Below are positions 9,157 to 18,768 of a stretch of 57,346 nt of DNA, piece by piece (the stretch's first letter is position 1; every line of letters begins with the position of its first letter). The stretch comes from a virus (lineage: Duplodnaviria > Caudoviricetes). Under the pieces are notes generated by a model that did not search any database, was not told where the DNA came from, and saw only the letters and a program-made list of their open reading frames with translations. Position numbers and translations under genes: made by a program. The DNA is taken from the IMG/VR virus record IMGVR_UViG_3300032297_000501, positions 1 through 57,346 of that record; one strand, 5' to 3'.

Positions 9157-9956
9157 TGAGACTAAGATTAGGTGTTGTCGGCAGTGGCTTCGTTGGCGGA
9201 GCAGTAATTAATGGTTTTAACGAACCTAATGTTGACATGTGGGTAGTTGATCCAAAGAAAACCACAACGACGCTACAACAGCTAGCAGAAGCCGGCACTC
9301 ATATTACATTCATTTGTTTACCTACACCTGAGGGTGCCGACGGCTCTGTTGATGTTTCTATTGTAGACAATGTGTTATCGGATCTCAACAAGTTTGCGTA
9401 TGATGGATTAGTTGTTATTAAAAGCACAATTACACCCGATCATCTAACACGATTTGTTGAGCAGTACGATCTACGCATTGTCTATAATCCAGAATTTTTA
9501 ACAGAAGCAAACGCACATCAAGACTTTATCAACCCGCCAATGCAGATCCTGGGCGGTGTTTGGGAAGAGTGTGAAATTGTTGAGCGTGCGTATGTTGAGT
9601 TCAGTAAGGTAAAAGTAGTACCTACGTTTAAAACTGATATTGTAAGTGCTAGTTTGCTCAAGTATACTATAAATAGTTGGCTAGCAACTAAAGTATCTTT
9701 TATGAACGAGTTGTACCAATTGCATAAAACCAGTGGTGCAAAAACTTCGTGGGATCAATTTACTGATATGTTACAGCGTGACAAACGCATAGGTGACAGT
9801 CATTTACGTGTTCCAGGACCAGATGGACAGTTTGGTTTTGGTGGACATTGTTTTCCTAAAGATACAGCAGGTTTGCTAAGTTACGCAGATAAGAATAAAG
9901 TTAACTTATCTGTACTAAGCAAAGCAGTAGAATTCAATGACCACATCAGGAAATAA
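9156..9956 (+). CDS. ugd: UDP-glucose/GDP-mannose dehydrogenase family protein (short form lacking the C-terminal domain)
   Basis: GSGFVG Rossmann motif, FICLPTP, IKST, YNPEFL, KYTIN, GFGGHCFPKD (catalytic Cys). Confidence 0.85.
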   Translation: MRLRLGVVGSGFVGGAVINGFNEPNVDMWVVDPKKTTTTLQQLAEAGTHITFICLPTPEGADGSVDVSIVDNVLSDLNKFAYDGLVVIKSTITPDHLTRFVEQYDLRIVYNPEFLTEANAHQDFINPPMQILGGVWEECEIVERAYVEFSKVKVVPTFKTDIVSASLLKYTINSWLATKVSFMNELYQLHKTSGAKTSWDQFTDMLQRDKRIGDSHLRVPGPDGQFGFGGHCFPKDTAGLLSYADKNKVNLSVLSKAVEFNDHIRK

Positions 9957-10704
9957 GTATAAAACAGTTTTTATCAGTGATGTTCACTTAGGCACACACG
10001 GATGCCAAGCAGAAGCATTAGTTAGCTTTCTCAAAGAACACACTTGCGATTCTTTATATCTTGTTGGCGATATCATTGACGGTTGGCGTCTTAAGAAACG
10101 CATCTACTGGCCACAAAGTCACAGCGATGTTATACGAAGAATATTAACTGTAGCTCGTAATGGTAATAGAGTTTATTACATATTAGGCAACCACGACGAA
10201 GCACTACGCAAATGGTTAACGTTTGATCTACGCTTCGGTCGTGTGCGTATTTTAAACAGACAAGACCATATTGCACTAAATGGTAAACGTTATCTTGTTG
10301 TACACGGCGACATGTTTGACGGCTTGATGCAGAAAGACTGGAAGTGGCTTATGCACGCCGGTGATATTGCTTATAATTTATTAATTTGGCTAAACATTAA
10401 ATTTAATATTGTCCGCGGTTGGTTAGGTATGGACTACTGGAGTTTAAGCAAATACTTAAAAACAAAAACCAAAGAAGCAGTAAGTTTTGTCGACGGCTTT
10501 GAAGAAAAGCTAGCAGCCTACGCTGATCAAAAGGGATATGCTGGTGTTATTTGTGGACACATTCACAGTGCTGCAATCAAAAACATTAACGGCATAGAAT
10601 ATTTAAACACAGGCGACTGGGTCGAAAGTTGCACTGCTATAGTGGAGACGCACGATGGAAACTTCAAACTTGTCGACTGGTCAAAAAATATTAATCGTAA
10701 CTGA
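9937..10704 (+). CDS. plcP: Metallophosphoesterase of the PlcP (LpxH2-like) phospholipase C type
   Basis: YKTVFISDVHLGTHGCQA, LYLVGDIIDGWRLKKRIYWPQSH, GNHDE, HGDMFD, YWSLS, ICGHIH, YLNTGDWVESCTA; adjacent to an Agt-like GT4. Confidence 0.8.
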   Translation: MTTSGNKYKTVFISDVHLGTHGCQAEALVSFLKEHTCDSLYLVGDIIDGWRLKKRIYWPQSHSDVIRRILTVARNGNRVYYILGNHDEALRKWLTFDLRFGRVRILNRQDHIALNGKRYLVVHGDMFDGLMQKDWKWLMHAGDIAYNLLIWLNIKFNIVRGWLGMDYWSLSKYLKTKTKEAVSFVDGFEEKLAAYADQKGYAGVICGHIHSAAIKNINGIEYLNTGDWVESCTAIVETHDGNFKLVDWSKNINRN

Positions 10705-11683
10705 TGCGTGGCGTCAGATTAATGGGGTAGTTACTACATTAGAAAATCTTAATCGTACTCTCACAGATATGGGTCACGACGTAGATTTTTTAAACTATGA
10801 TGATGCTGACTATACCTGCGATATGCCATTCTACCCTGAAGTCAAACTTGCTTATGTTAAGCAGTATGTTATAAAAAGAAAAGTAAACTGGGCTGATGCA
10901 GTACATATTGCTACGCCAGAAGGTCCAATTGGCTTTAAAACTTTACGCTATTGTGTAAAGAATAAAATTCCATTTACCACAGGCTATCATACCAAGTGGC
11001 CCGAGTTTGTGCGAGCCCGTTTACCTATACCAACTTCATTAACTTATGCGTATATGCGTTGGCTACACAAGCACAGCAAAAACATTTTAGTACCAACCCA
11101 AACTGTTGTAGACGAACTTGGATTAAAAGGATTTTGCAATCTTGTTGTTTGGACACGCGGTGTAGACCAAACTATATTCAATCCTAGTAGCAGAACAAAA
11201 CTTATTTGTGGTAAACCATTGTTGTTATGTGTAACCAGAGTAAGTCACGAAAAAGGCTTAGACGATTTTTGCAAACTCGCTTATCCTGGTGCAACTAAAA
11301 TGATAGTAGGTGATGGTCCATATCGTGCTGAGCTTGAAGCAAAATATCCTGATGTTATTTTCACAGGAGTGAAACGCGGTAAAGATCTAGCTGATTATTA
11401 TGCAAATGCTGATGTTTTTGTGTTCCCTAGCAAATCGGATACATTTGGTGTAGTAATGATTGAGAGCATGGCCTGTGGCACACCTGTTGCTGCCTTCCCC
11501 GTAACAGGACCATTAGATGTCATTAAACACGGTGTAACAGGTGCAATGGACAATAATTTGAATACTGCTATAGATATGTGTTTAACACTAGATAGAAAAA
11601 AGGTATATAGCAATAGCCTCGAATGGTCTTGGGAAAAATGTGCAGTTCAATTTATCAATAGCCTTACCAAAAAGAAATCTTGA
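10655..11683 (+). CDS. agt: GT4 glycosyltransferase, Agt-like diacylglycerol glycosyltransferase
   Basis: KILIVTDAW.QINGVV.TL, VHIATPEGPIG, FTTGYHTKWPE, WTRGVD, RVSHEK, DVFVFPSKSDTFGVVMIESMACGTPVAAFPVTGP. Confidence 0.8.
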   Translation: METSNLSTGQKILIVTDAWRQINGVVTTLENLNRTLTDMGHDVDFLNYDDADYTCDMPFYPEVKLAYVKQYVIKRKVNWADAVHIATPEGPIGFKTLRYCVKNKIPFTTGYHTKWPEFVRARLPIPTSLTYAYMRWLHKHSKNILVPTQTVVDELGLKGFCNLVVWTRGVDQTIFNPSSRTKLICGKPLLLCVTRVSHEKGLDDFCKLAYPGATKMIVGDGPYRAELEAKYPDVIFTGVKRGKDLADYYANADVFVFPSKSDTFGVVMIESMACGTPVAAFPVTGPLDVIKHGVTGAMDNNLNTAIDMCLTLDRKKVYSNSLEWSWEKCAVQFINSLTKKKS

Positions 11684-11708
11684 CAACTTTGCTTTTATAC
11701 TTTATAAT
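11680..11708 (+). promoter_or_regulatory. Sigma70-type promoter (perfect consensus)
   Basis: TTGACA-17 bp-TATAAT; the -35 box overlaps the TGA stop of the GT4 gene. Confidence 0.8.
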
Positions 11709-11730
11709 AAGAAAACTATAGGAGTAAGTT

Positions 11731-11919
11731 ATGCCAATACCTGAACAAATTATTATCCCTGCTGCCAAAGATCCAGGCCGCGGCCATTTTTATGTAAGTC
11801 TTAGTAAGAGTGCTATCCGCATTGCTGCTGGGGTATTTTTGATCCAAGGCAACATTGTGGGAGCAGGTCTTCTTCTAATTGGTGCTGAACTATTGGGCGT
11901 TATTGAAGAAATTGTATAA
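11731..11919 (+). CDS. Small membrane protein
   Basis: 62 aa, AGGAG RBS, hydrophobic C-terminal half. Confidence 0.7.
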   Translation: MPIPEQIIIPAAKDPGRGHFYVSLSKSAIRIAAGVFLIQGNIVGAGLLLIGAELLGVIEEIV

Positions 11920-11922
11920 GCA

Positions 11923-13380
11923 ATGAAAGTATGTATTCTTAGTGAAAATTCTAATGGTGTTGTCCCTTGGGTACATTATAGAAATTTAGGGGCCAGCGAA
12001 GTTTCTAAACGATTATACGCTAGAAACATAGAGTGTACTACAGTAGAGTGGTTCACGCATTGGGATCAGGGCGACCTCTATACTTGTGTTAAACAATATC
12101 TAAGCGGTACCGATCGACCAGTTATTGCTATTAGTGTACCTTTCGTGCCTGATGACATTTATAAGATTAAAGATGTTCTTTTTAAACTTAAACGTAGTAT
12201 TCCTAACCTCACTGTTATAAGCGGGGGCAACAGAACCTACGATAAAAAATTATCTGATGTAGTTGATTATTTCTTTATTGGCCGTAGTATGGAAATTTTC
12301 GAATCTTGGTTAGACGGCAAAGATTTATCTAAATTTATATCAAACCAATCAAATGTTTTTCTAAATAGAAATATTAATGTTGCGTTAGAGGATCCAGTTT
12401 TACCTCATTTTAGTGATGCAGATTATTTAAATTCAAACGATGTTTTAGGGTTTGAATTAGGTATTGGTTGTAGATTTAATTGTGCATTTTGTAATTTTGA
12501 CTTGAGAAAGATGCACAATCCTAAGATGGCAAATGCTGACAAAATTGCAGCTACCCTTAATGAATTGTATTCCAAATACGGAGTATATAATTATTTTGTC
12601 ACAGACGATACAATTAACGAGTCAATTGATAAAATGCAAGTATTAGCTGACGTAGTATCAAAACTAAATTTTAAAATAAACTTAACTGGATATTGTAGAT
12701 TAGATTTATTAGAAAGTCCTAAACAACAAGAGCTATGGCAGAAGATAAATTTAGCCGGCGTCTTTTTTGGTATTGAGACTTTTAATCCTGAATCAAGTAA
12801 GCTGGTTAGAAAAACCAGTCGCATTTCTTCTCAAATAGAAACTTTAAAAAAGCTAAGGAAACTTACACCTAATACTTTTTTAAGTTGTGGAATGATAATT
12901 GGTTTAACGGGAGATAGTAGAGAACATATCTTAGATAGTATGGAAAATGTATCTCAAAATAATCTTTTGGATTGTATGCAATACAACGTCCTTAATCTTC
13001 CTGAAATGGAAACAGATATTTTTGACGAATACATGCTTAGTGACATGTCTAAGAATCCTGAAAATTTTGGATATACAATAACTGGTAAGATACCTAGAAC
13101 AGACTTGTCGATACAATCAAAATTAAGGTGGAAGAACGATTGGTGCGATTCAGAAAGCGCACTTAAAATATATGGCGAAGTTAGACAAAAGCTAAAAGGA
13201 CAAAACTTAAGTAATGCTGATGCGTTTGAATACCTTTCCTTTTTGAGTTTAGGTATAGTTGATGAAAAGGAATCGGTTAGAAAAATGGAACAACTTATTA
13301 TTTCTAAAGCATCAAAAAAAGCTGATAAACTTCGTGCCGAATATATTGAAAAGAAAAAACAACATCTATTAAACAGTTAA
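11923..13380 (+). CDS. Radical SAM protein with N-terminal B12-binding-like domain
   Basis: GCRFNCAFC, TDDTINE, FFGIETF, GMIIGL. Confidence 0.85.
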   Translation: MKVCILSENSNGVVPWVHYRNLGASEVSKRLYARNIECTTVEWFTHWDQGDLYTCVKQYLSGTDRPVIAISVPFVPDDIYKIKDVLFKLKRSIPNLTVISGGNRTYDKKLSDVVDYFFIGRSMEIFESWLDGKDLSKFISNQSNVFLNRNINVALEDPVLPHFSDADYLNSNDVLGFELGIGCRFNCAFCNFDLRKMHNPKMANADKIAATLNELYSKYGVYNYFVTDDTINESIDKMQVLADVVSKLNFKINLTGYCRLDLLESPKQQELWQKINLAGVFFGIETFNPESSKLVRKTSRISSQIETLKKLRKLTPNTFLSCGMIIGLTGDSREHILDSMENVSQNNLLDCMQYNVLNLPEMETDIFDEYMLSDMSKNPENFGYTITGKIPRTDLSIQSKLRWKNDWCDSESALKIYGEVRQKLKGQNLSNADAFEYLSFLSLGIVDEKESVRKMEQLIISKASKKADKLRAEYIEKKKQHLLNS

Positions 13381-13396
13381 CACACAGGAAAAACAT

Positions 13397-14320
13397 ATGA
13401 AAGAACTTTGGACAGAAAAATATCGACCTAACAATATCAACAACTATGTGTTTCGCGATGCTAAACAGAAGCAACAAGTAACAGGTTGGTTGAAGGACGG
13501 AGCATTACCACACTTGCTATTCAGCGGTGCACCTGGTACGGGCAAGACTACACTAGCCAAAGTATTGCTCAACGAGCTAGGTATCAACAGTATGGATGTA
13601 CTAGAGATTAACGCATCTAACGAAAACAACGTTGATACTATTCGCAATAAGATTACTAACTTTGCAAGTACTATGCCATTCGGTGACATGAAGTATGTGT
13701 TGCTAGACGAAGCTGATTACATTACACCAAACGGTCAGGCAGCACTGCGTGGCGTTATGGAAATGTATCATACTTGCTGTCGCTTTATTCTTACCTGTAA
13801 TTATCCACAGCGTGTTATTCCTGCACTTCATAGCAGAACACAAGGCTTCCACATTGAGAAGTTGGATGTTACCGAGTTCACTGCTCGTATTGCAGAGATC
13901 TGTGTAACTGAAGGTGTTGATATTGATTTAGAAACACTAGACACTTATGTACAAGCAACCTACCCTGACTTGCGTAAGTGTATTAACCTAGTACAGCAAA
14001 ATGTTGTTGATGGTGCGCTACAGAAGCCTCAAGCAGGAGATGGTAACCAAAGTGATTGGATGCTTAGTGCTATTGACTTGTTCAAGAACGGTGAGTTCAA
14101 ACCGGCACGTGAACTTATTGTAAGTCAAGCTCGCCCAGAGGAATATGATGAAGTATATCGCTTCATGTATCGTAACTTAGATCTATGGGGCAAGAGTCAA
14201 CTACAGCAGGATCAAGCTATTGTTATTATTCGCGACGGTATGTCTAAGAGTAGCTTGTGCGCTGACCCTGAAATCAATCTTAGTGCAACACTAATTGAGC
14301 TACAATTAAATAGCAATTGA
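13397..14320 (+). CDS. Clamp loader AAA+ subunit (RFC small subunit/gp44-like)
   Basis: LWTEKYRP, GAPGTGKTT, EINAS, LLDEAD, FILTCNY, LHSR, PDLRKCIN. Confidence 0.93.
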   Translation: MKELWTEKYRPNNINNYVFRDAKQKQQVTGWLKDGALPHLLFSGAPGTGKTTLAKVLLNELGINSMDVLEINASNENNVDTIRNKITNFASTMPFGDMKYVLLDEADYITPNGQAALRGVMEMYHTCCRFILTCNYPQRVIPALHSRTQGFHIEKLDVTEFTARIAEICVTEGVDIDLETLDTYVQATYPDLRKCINLVQQNVVDGALQKPQAGDGNQSDWMLSAIDLFKNGEFKPARELIVSQARPEEYDEVYRFMYRNLDLWGKSQLQQDQAIVIIRDGMSKSSLCADPEINLSATLIELQLNSN

Positions 14321-15822
14321 TGCACACATATGACGGCGCCATAATTTTAGAATGTACTAATACGTTTGAAAAAAATCGTCAACGTAGTGGTATTATTAGA
14401 CCGTTGGCGCCGTTTGCTCTCAATCAATTATTTGTTGAACGTAACATACCTTCAACGGTAATCAACTATGTTAATGGTTGGCAACATACTGTATTAATAC
14501 AAACACTGTTGCAATGGATTAATAAAAATAATATATCTAATCCATTAATTCTTTGCAGTACATTATTTAATGAGTACCTTCTCAGTAAAGGTTCCCATGT
14601 TTCTAATATAATATTAGAACTGAAACAACATTACCCTAAACTAGGTTTAATTGTTGGTGGCCCCATCAATCTAATTGATTACAATTTCGATGAGTTACTT
14701 CCAGATGCGGTCTTTCAAGGTCGCAGTCTACATTTGTTTGAACAATGGTTGGACAAGCCCGATTATATTGAACCTAACACAGTAAAAGTTATTAATGGTA
14801 TTCCTACCTATCACAGGGAAACTAATACAGTTGTTGAAAATCCAATTGTACCTAAATTGTACAATGACTACTGTTTAACAGCAAATGATATTTTGCAGTT
14901 TGAAGTGAGATTAGGCTGTAAATTTAATTGCACCTTTTGTACATTTGAATTTAGAAATGCTAAACGAGTAAATGATACGTCAGCTGACTGTTTAACAAAT
15001 TTCTTTAAAGATGCAAACAATAATTTTGGTATCACTCGTTTTAGCTGTGTAGATGACACGTTTAACGAAGATGACAACAAGATTAAAACGCTTAAAGCCG
15101 CGGTTGATAATTTAGATTTTAAACCTATTATTGTTGGCTATAATCGATTTGATATTATGCAGGCCAAACCTGAACAAGCAGAATTGCTAGATAGTTGCGG
15201 CTTCATAGGACATTATTTTGGTATCGAAACTCTTCACCGCGAAGCTAGTAAGTATATTAGAAAAGGTATACATCGCGAGCAAGCATTTGAATTTTTGAGA
15301 TACATTAAAGAGCAATTTCCGCACTGGCACGTGTGTAGTGGGTATATCATAGGACTACCTAAAGAGCCTATAGAACATATCACTGAAACACATCATTTAA
15401 TTAGACACGAACGTTTGATTGATGCTATAATTCCTGTTGACTTAGGGTTGTATCAAATACCAGGTAATGAACATAACTACAGTGATTTCAGTAAGAATCC
15501 GGAACAGTTTGGTATCAAAGTACTAGGCGGCGATCCAAAGAATTTGAATTGGCAACATGAGCTAATGGATAAAGGTACAGCAAAAATACTTGCTAAAACA
15601 TTAGCTAGTAAGAATATTCGTGCAGGAGTTACAACTATTGATCCCTGGGAAGCACTGAGCAGAGACGCAATCGGTTCAGATGATATGTTTGGTTGTAAAA
15701 CATACAAGGACAGGATGGCTGCTGATCCTACACAGCTCTATAGTGATGAGTGGTATGTACTGAGCAACGAACATATTGCTCAGTACATACAGCGTAAAGT
15801 ATCTTACATTAACAGCTTATAA
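14317..15822 (+). CDS. Radical SAM protein (paralogue of 11923..13380)
   Basis: GCKFNCTFC, VDDTFNE, YFGIETL, GYIIGL, SDFSKNPEQFG. Confidence 0.85.
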   Translation: MMHTYDGAIILECTNTFEKNRQRSGIIRPLAPFALNQLFVERNIPSTVINYVNGWQHTVLIQTLLQWINKNNISNPLILCSTLFNEYLLSKGSHVSNIILELKQHYPKLGLIVGGPINLIDYNFDELLPDAVFQGRSLHLFEQWLDKPDYIEPNTVKVINGIPTYHRETNTVVENPIVPKLYNDYCLTANDILQFEVRLGCKFNCTFCTFEFRNAKRVNDTSADCLTNFFKDANNNFGITRFSCVDDTFNEDDNKIKTLKAAVDNLDFKPIIVGYNRFDIMQAKPEQAELLDSCGFIGHYFGIETLHREASKYIRKGIHREQAFEFLRYIKEQFPHWHVCSGYIIGLPKEPIEHITETHHLIRHERLIDAIIPVDLGLYQIPGNEHNYSDFSKNPEQFGIKVLGGDPKNLNWQHELMDKGTAKILAKTLASKNIRAGVTTIDPWEALSRDAIGSDDMFGCKTYKDRMAADPTQLYSDEWYVLSNEHIAQYIQRKVSYINSL

Positions 15823-16572
15823 TTATTCTTCGCCGTAAATGCGTAGCACTTCTTCTACTACAGGGTGACGTTCAATATCGCCTCTGTCAAAGTTTACTAC
15901 TTTAATTCTTTCTGAACCTCTATCTAATAGACGCTCCATAAACATTTTTAGACCATTGCTTTCGTAACCTCTATCATGTTGGTTAAGGTCACCGGTTACT
16001 ACTAGCTTGCTGCCGTCGCCGATACGTGTTAACAACATCTTCATTTGACTGTCAGTTGCGTTCTGCATTTCGTCTGCAATAATAAAACTATTCTTAAATG
16101 TTCTACCACGCATGTAAGCAAGGGGTGCAATCTCTAGTTTATTTGCTTTTAACAAATATTCAAGTTGCTCTGGATGATAGTATTCCTCAAAAATGTCAAA
16201 GATTGGACGAGTCCATGGTGCCATTTTTTCTTGTAGAGTTCCTGGTAGGAAGCCGTGTTGTTCGTCTACACTGACCGCTGGTCGTGTTAATACAAACTTA
16301 TCGATATATCCTTTTTTAAATCCTTTGATACCTGCTAAGGTTGAGATTAGTGTTTTACCTGTTCCTGCCGGACCAATCGCAAACACTATGTTGACGTTGT
16401 CATCTTCTAAATGACCCAATAAATCGTCTTGGTGAAAATTTCTTGGTACAATATTTACATCTTTCTGTCTGGGCTTTGTAACAGCACCGCCCTCGATTAC
16501 TCTCAAATGGTTTTCTCCTTTATTGTTGAACTCTTTTGCATACTCGCGTTCTTTTCTTCTGCGACGTGACAT
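15823..16572 (-). CDS. phoH: PhoH-like ATPase
   Basis: GPAGTGKT, LTRPAV, GFLPG, PLAYMRGRTF, IADEMQNAT, LTRIG, VTGD, RHP. Confidence 0.95.
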   Translation of the reverse strand: MSRRRRKEREYAKEFNNKGENHLRVIEGGAVTKPRQKDVNIVPRNFHQDDLLGHLEDDNVNIVFAIGPAGTGKTLISTLAGIKGFKKGYIDKFVLTRPAVSVDEQHGFLPGTLQEKMAPWTRPIFDIFEEYYHPEQLEYLLKANKLEIAPLAYMRGRTFKNSFIIADEMQNATDSQMKMLLTRIGDGSKLVVTGDLNQHDRGYESNGLKMFMERLLDRGSERIKVVNFDRGDIERHPVVEEVLRIYGEE

Positions 16573-16601
16573 CTTAAGGTACTCCCTTTAGTGTAGTCAA
16601 T

Positions 16602-16643
16602 AAAAAAGGCGCAGGCAGCACTTTCCGCTGTTCCTAACGCCTT
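16602..16643 (-). terminator. Terminator-like hairpin plus U-tract in the phoH 5' leader
   Basis: Minus strand AAGGCG..AGG..CAGC-GGAAAGT-GCTG-CCT.CGCCTT followed by a T run, about 30 nt before the phoH start. Confidence 0.5.
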
Positions 16644-16750
16644 GTTTAGTTGAGTGTTGTATAAAGTGTTTAACATCATACACTTTTATTTAGCAGGGTA
16701 TCCGAAACAATAACAGCTAACTTATTGATTTTGAAGGGTAATACAAACGG

Positions 16751-16780
16751 TTGACTTTATTAAACTATGTGTTATATTAT
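16751..16780 (+). promoter_or_regulatory. Sigma70-type promoter with a conserved upstream element
   Basis: AAACGG-TTGACT...TATATT/TATTAT; upstream sequence shared with the promoter at 35859. Confidence 0.6.
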
Positions 16781-16836
16781 TGTTACAGATGAAAATTAAA
16801 GTAATCTTATCTGAAACTTAAAGTAAGGAGAAACAC

Positions 16837-18024
16837 ATGAAACTACGACAATCAAAGACGAGAACATGGAATAAGAAGCAAGCAATTCTTGCGTTTGTAA
16901 AAAAGTTTAAATTCCCATTTGATATGAAAGACGACATGATCGATCTTCGAGAAATGGCAAAAAACTTTAATGATGGTCCAATTCCGGTAGAAGAAATTCA
17001 TAAAGCTATCGTTACTATGCTTGGGCCGCAATACGATAATATTGAATTTAATTATGATCCTAGCGGCGGACATTATCTTGGTTATGGCCCTGGGAAACGT
17101 CCAAAAGAATATTTTGATTATATTTCTTGGTTAGATTTATTTCTCTGGACAATTTTCCAGAGAGATGTTGCGCCTAATCACGTTGAAAAAATTTACAAAG
17201 ATTTTGAAGAATCTAGTGTAATTGTTCCGTGCATTATTAAAATTACATTACTTGATGGCCGAACAATTTATTGTGTGTGGGACGGTCACCATACAATACA
17301 AGTTTGCAGGCTTAAAGGATGGACTAAGTTTCCTGCTTGGGTAATTGATCTAGATCAATTTACGACACAAGAAATTGAAGAAGCAGGATTTGGTGATACT
17401 GATGAAGAACGTATTCGCTTTGGTTGCTACATTGCAGGAAAAAATTCTAGGCGGATCAACGGCTTAATGAAAAGAGTGATGAGCCCTTATGATGATTTTA
17501 TGATTGGGCTAGAGACACGAGATCCTAAATTTGTTGCAATGAATAATATTCTAGCACAATATGGCTGTATGCCTAAACGACACGCAAGTTGTGACGGGGC
17601 ATGGACGCAAATTAAAAGTGGTATTGAGTGTTTTGATATGGAAGGATCTCAAGGCCCTAGTAATGGTGCATTTTGGAGCCGAGCAATTGCATTCCAGCGC
17701 AATCACTGGAAGAAAGGGCATCTTGTTCTAGAACTTTATCGCCCCATGAGCTATCTTTATCAATTAGCAAATATTCAAGGATTTTCTATTCCGGCGGCTT
17801 TTGATACTGAACTTGCAAATATGCTAAGTAGTCGATTTGGTTCAGCTGAAGAGGTTCAGGAAGAAATCAAGGAGAGTTACTGGAAAGCAGTGCATACTAA
17901 TGCCACTGTAGGTGAGCAGCCACAGCACGATAAATTTCGTGTATTAAATGGCATCATTAATTTCTATAAACAATCCGGTGGCAAAGTATTGTTACCATCC
18001 CCTACAATACAATGGAAGGTATAA
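16837..18024 (+). CDS. ParB/Srx-like (DGQH-type) domain protein
   Basis: FQRDV...HV.KI and VWDGHHT motifs; AAGGAG RBS. Confidence 0.6.
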   Translation: MKLRQSKTRTWNKKQAILAFVKKFKFPFDMKDDMIDLREMAKNFNDGPIPVEEIHKAIVTMLGPQYDNIEFNYDPSGGHYLGYGPGKRPKEYFDYISWLDLFLWTIFQRDVAPNHVEKIYKDFEESSVIVPCIIKITLLDGRTIYCVWDGHHTIQVCRLKGWTKFPAWVIDLDQFTTQEIEEAGFGDTDEERIRFGCYIAGKNSRRINGLMKRVMSPYDDFMIGLETRDPKFVAMNNILAQYGCMPKRHASCDGAWTQIKSGIECFDMEGSQGPSNGAFWSRAIAFQRNHWKKGHLVLELYRPMSYLYQLANIQGFSIPAAFDTELANMLSSRFGSAEEVQEEIKESYWKAVHTNATVGEQPQHDKFRVLNGIINFYKQSGGKVLLPSPTIQWKV

Positions 18025-18413
18025 TGAATAAACTTTTTTATATCTTTAACGATCCGCTTGGCGCAAAAGATGCTAAGATTGGTATCACAGGACACCCAGC
18101 CGTAAGGCTGGGTGTCTATCAAAATAGTTACAGTAGAAACAGTCATGTTGCATGTTTTAATGTTGTATATGTTGGTTCAGCAAAAGCTATTGCTAGTTTA
18201 GAAAAAGTTGTTAAACAACAATTTGAATGGGATATTGAACGGGATGGCCGAGGGGCAAGCGAGTGGATAGGCGGTCAGACTGCTGACGAGATTGAAATTA
18301 AGATTGATTCTATCATAGATGGTTATAAGTTTAAGATAGAAAAAATTAGTAATGATTTTCTACCTTTAACAGTTGATCTCCTAGATGACCTAAAAGAGCA
18401 GTATGTATTATAA
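18024..18413 (+). CDS. GIY-YIG/T5orf172-like protein (likely start ATG 18024)
   Basis: FYIF...KIGITGHP..RL..YQ, LEK, SEW motifs; TAATG coupling to the upstream gene. Confidence 0.55.
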   Translation: MNKLFYIFNDPLGAKDAKIGITGHPAVRLGVYQNSYSRNSHVACFNVVYVGSAKAIASLEKVVKQQFEWDIERDGRGASEWIGGQTADEIEIKIDSIIDGYKFKIEKISNDFLPLTVDLLDDLKEQYVL

Positions 18414-18738
18414 AGTATCAAAGCTAGATGGGCGTAACACGTGGCATCGGCATTTTAGTCATCGTGTAGAAATTAGACGTCATCACAATGATCGAAAACT
18501 ATTTGAGCACACATCTAACTTTATAATGCTACGCCAGTGGTGTTGGGACAACTTCGGCCCTAGTGTTGAAACCATGTACTGGGAACAACTACAAGTTACT
18601 GAGCAAGCACATTTAGCTAGCGATAAGTGGGCTTGGTATGTAAACACACACGACGGATATAGAACTTTCCTGTATTTTGCTGACGAAACAGCATTATCCT
18701 TTTTTAAGCTCAATTGGCCCGTAATGTATAAGCATTAA
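18403..18738 (+). CDS. Hypothetical phage protein
   Basis: RQWCWDNFGPS and LYFADETALSFFKLNW motifs typical of a small phage protein family. Confidence 0.7.
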   Translation: MYYKVSKLDGRNTWHRHFSHRVEIRRHHNDRKLFEHTSNFIMLRQWCWDNFGPSVETMYWEQLQVTEQAHLASDKWAWYVNTHDGYRTFLYFADETALSFFKLNWPVMYKH

Positions 18739-18740
18739 AC

Positions 18741-18749
18741 TGATAAATA
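18741..18749 (+). promoter_or_regulatory. Late-type promoter motif TGATAAATA
   Basis: Intergenic, 20 nt upstream of ATG 18769, with AGGAG RBS. Confidence 0.65.
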
Positions 18750-18768
18750 GTTATAACAGGAGATTGTT

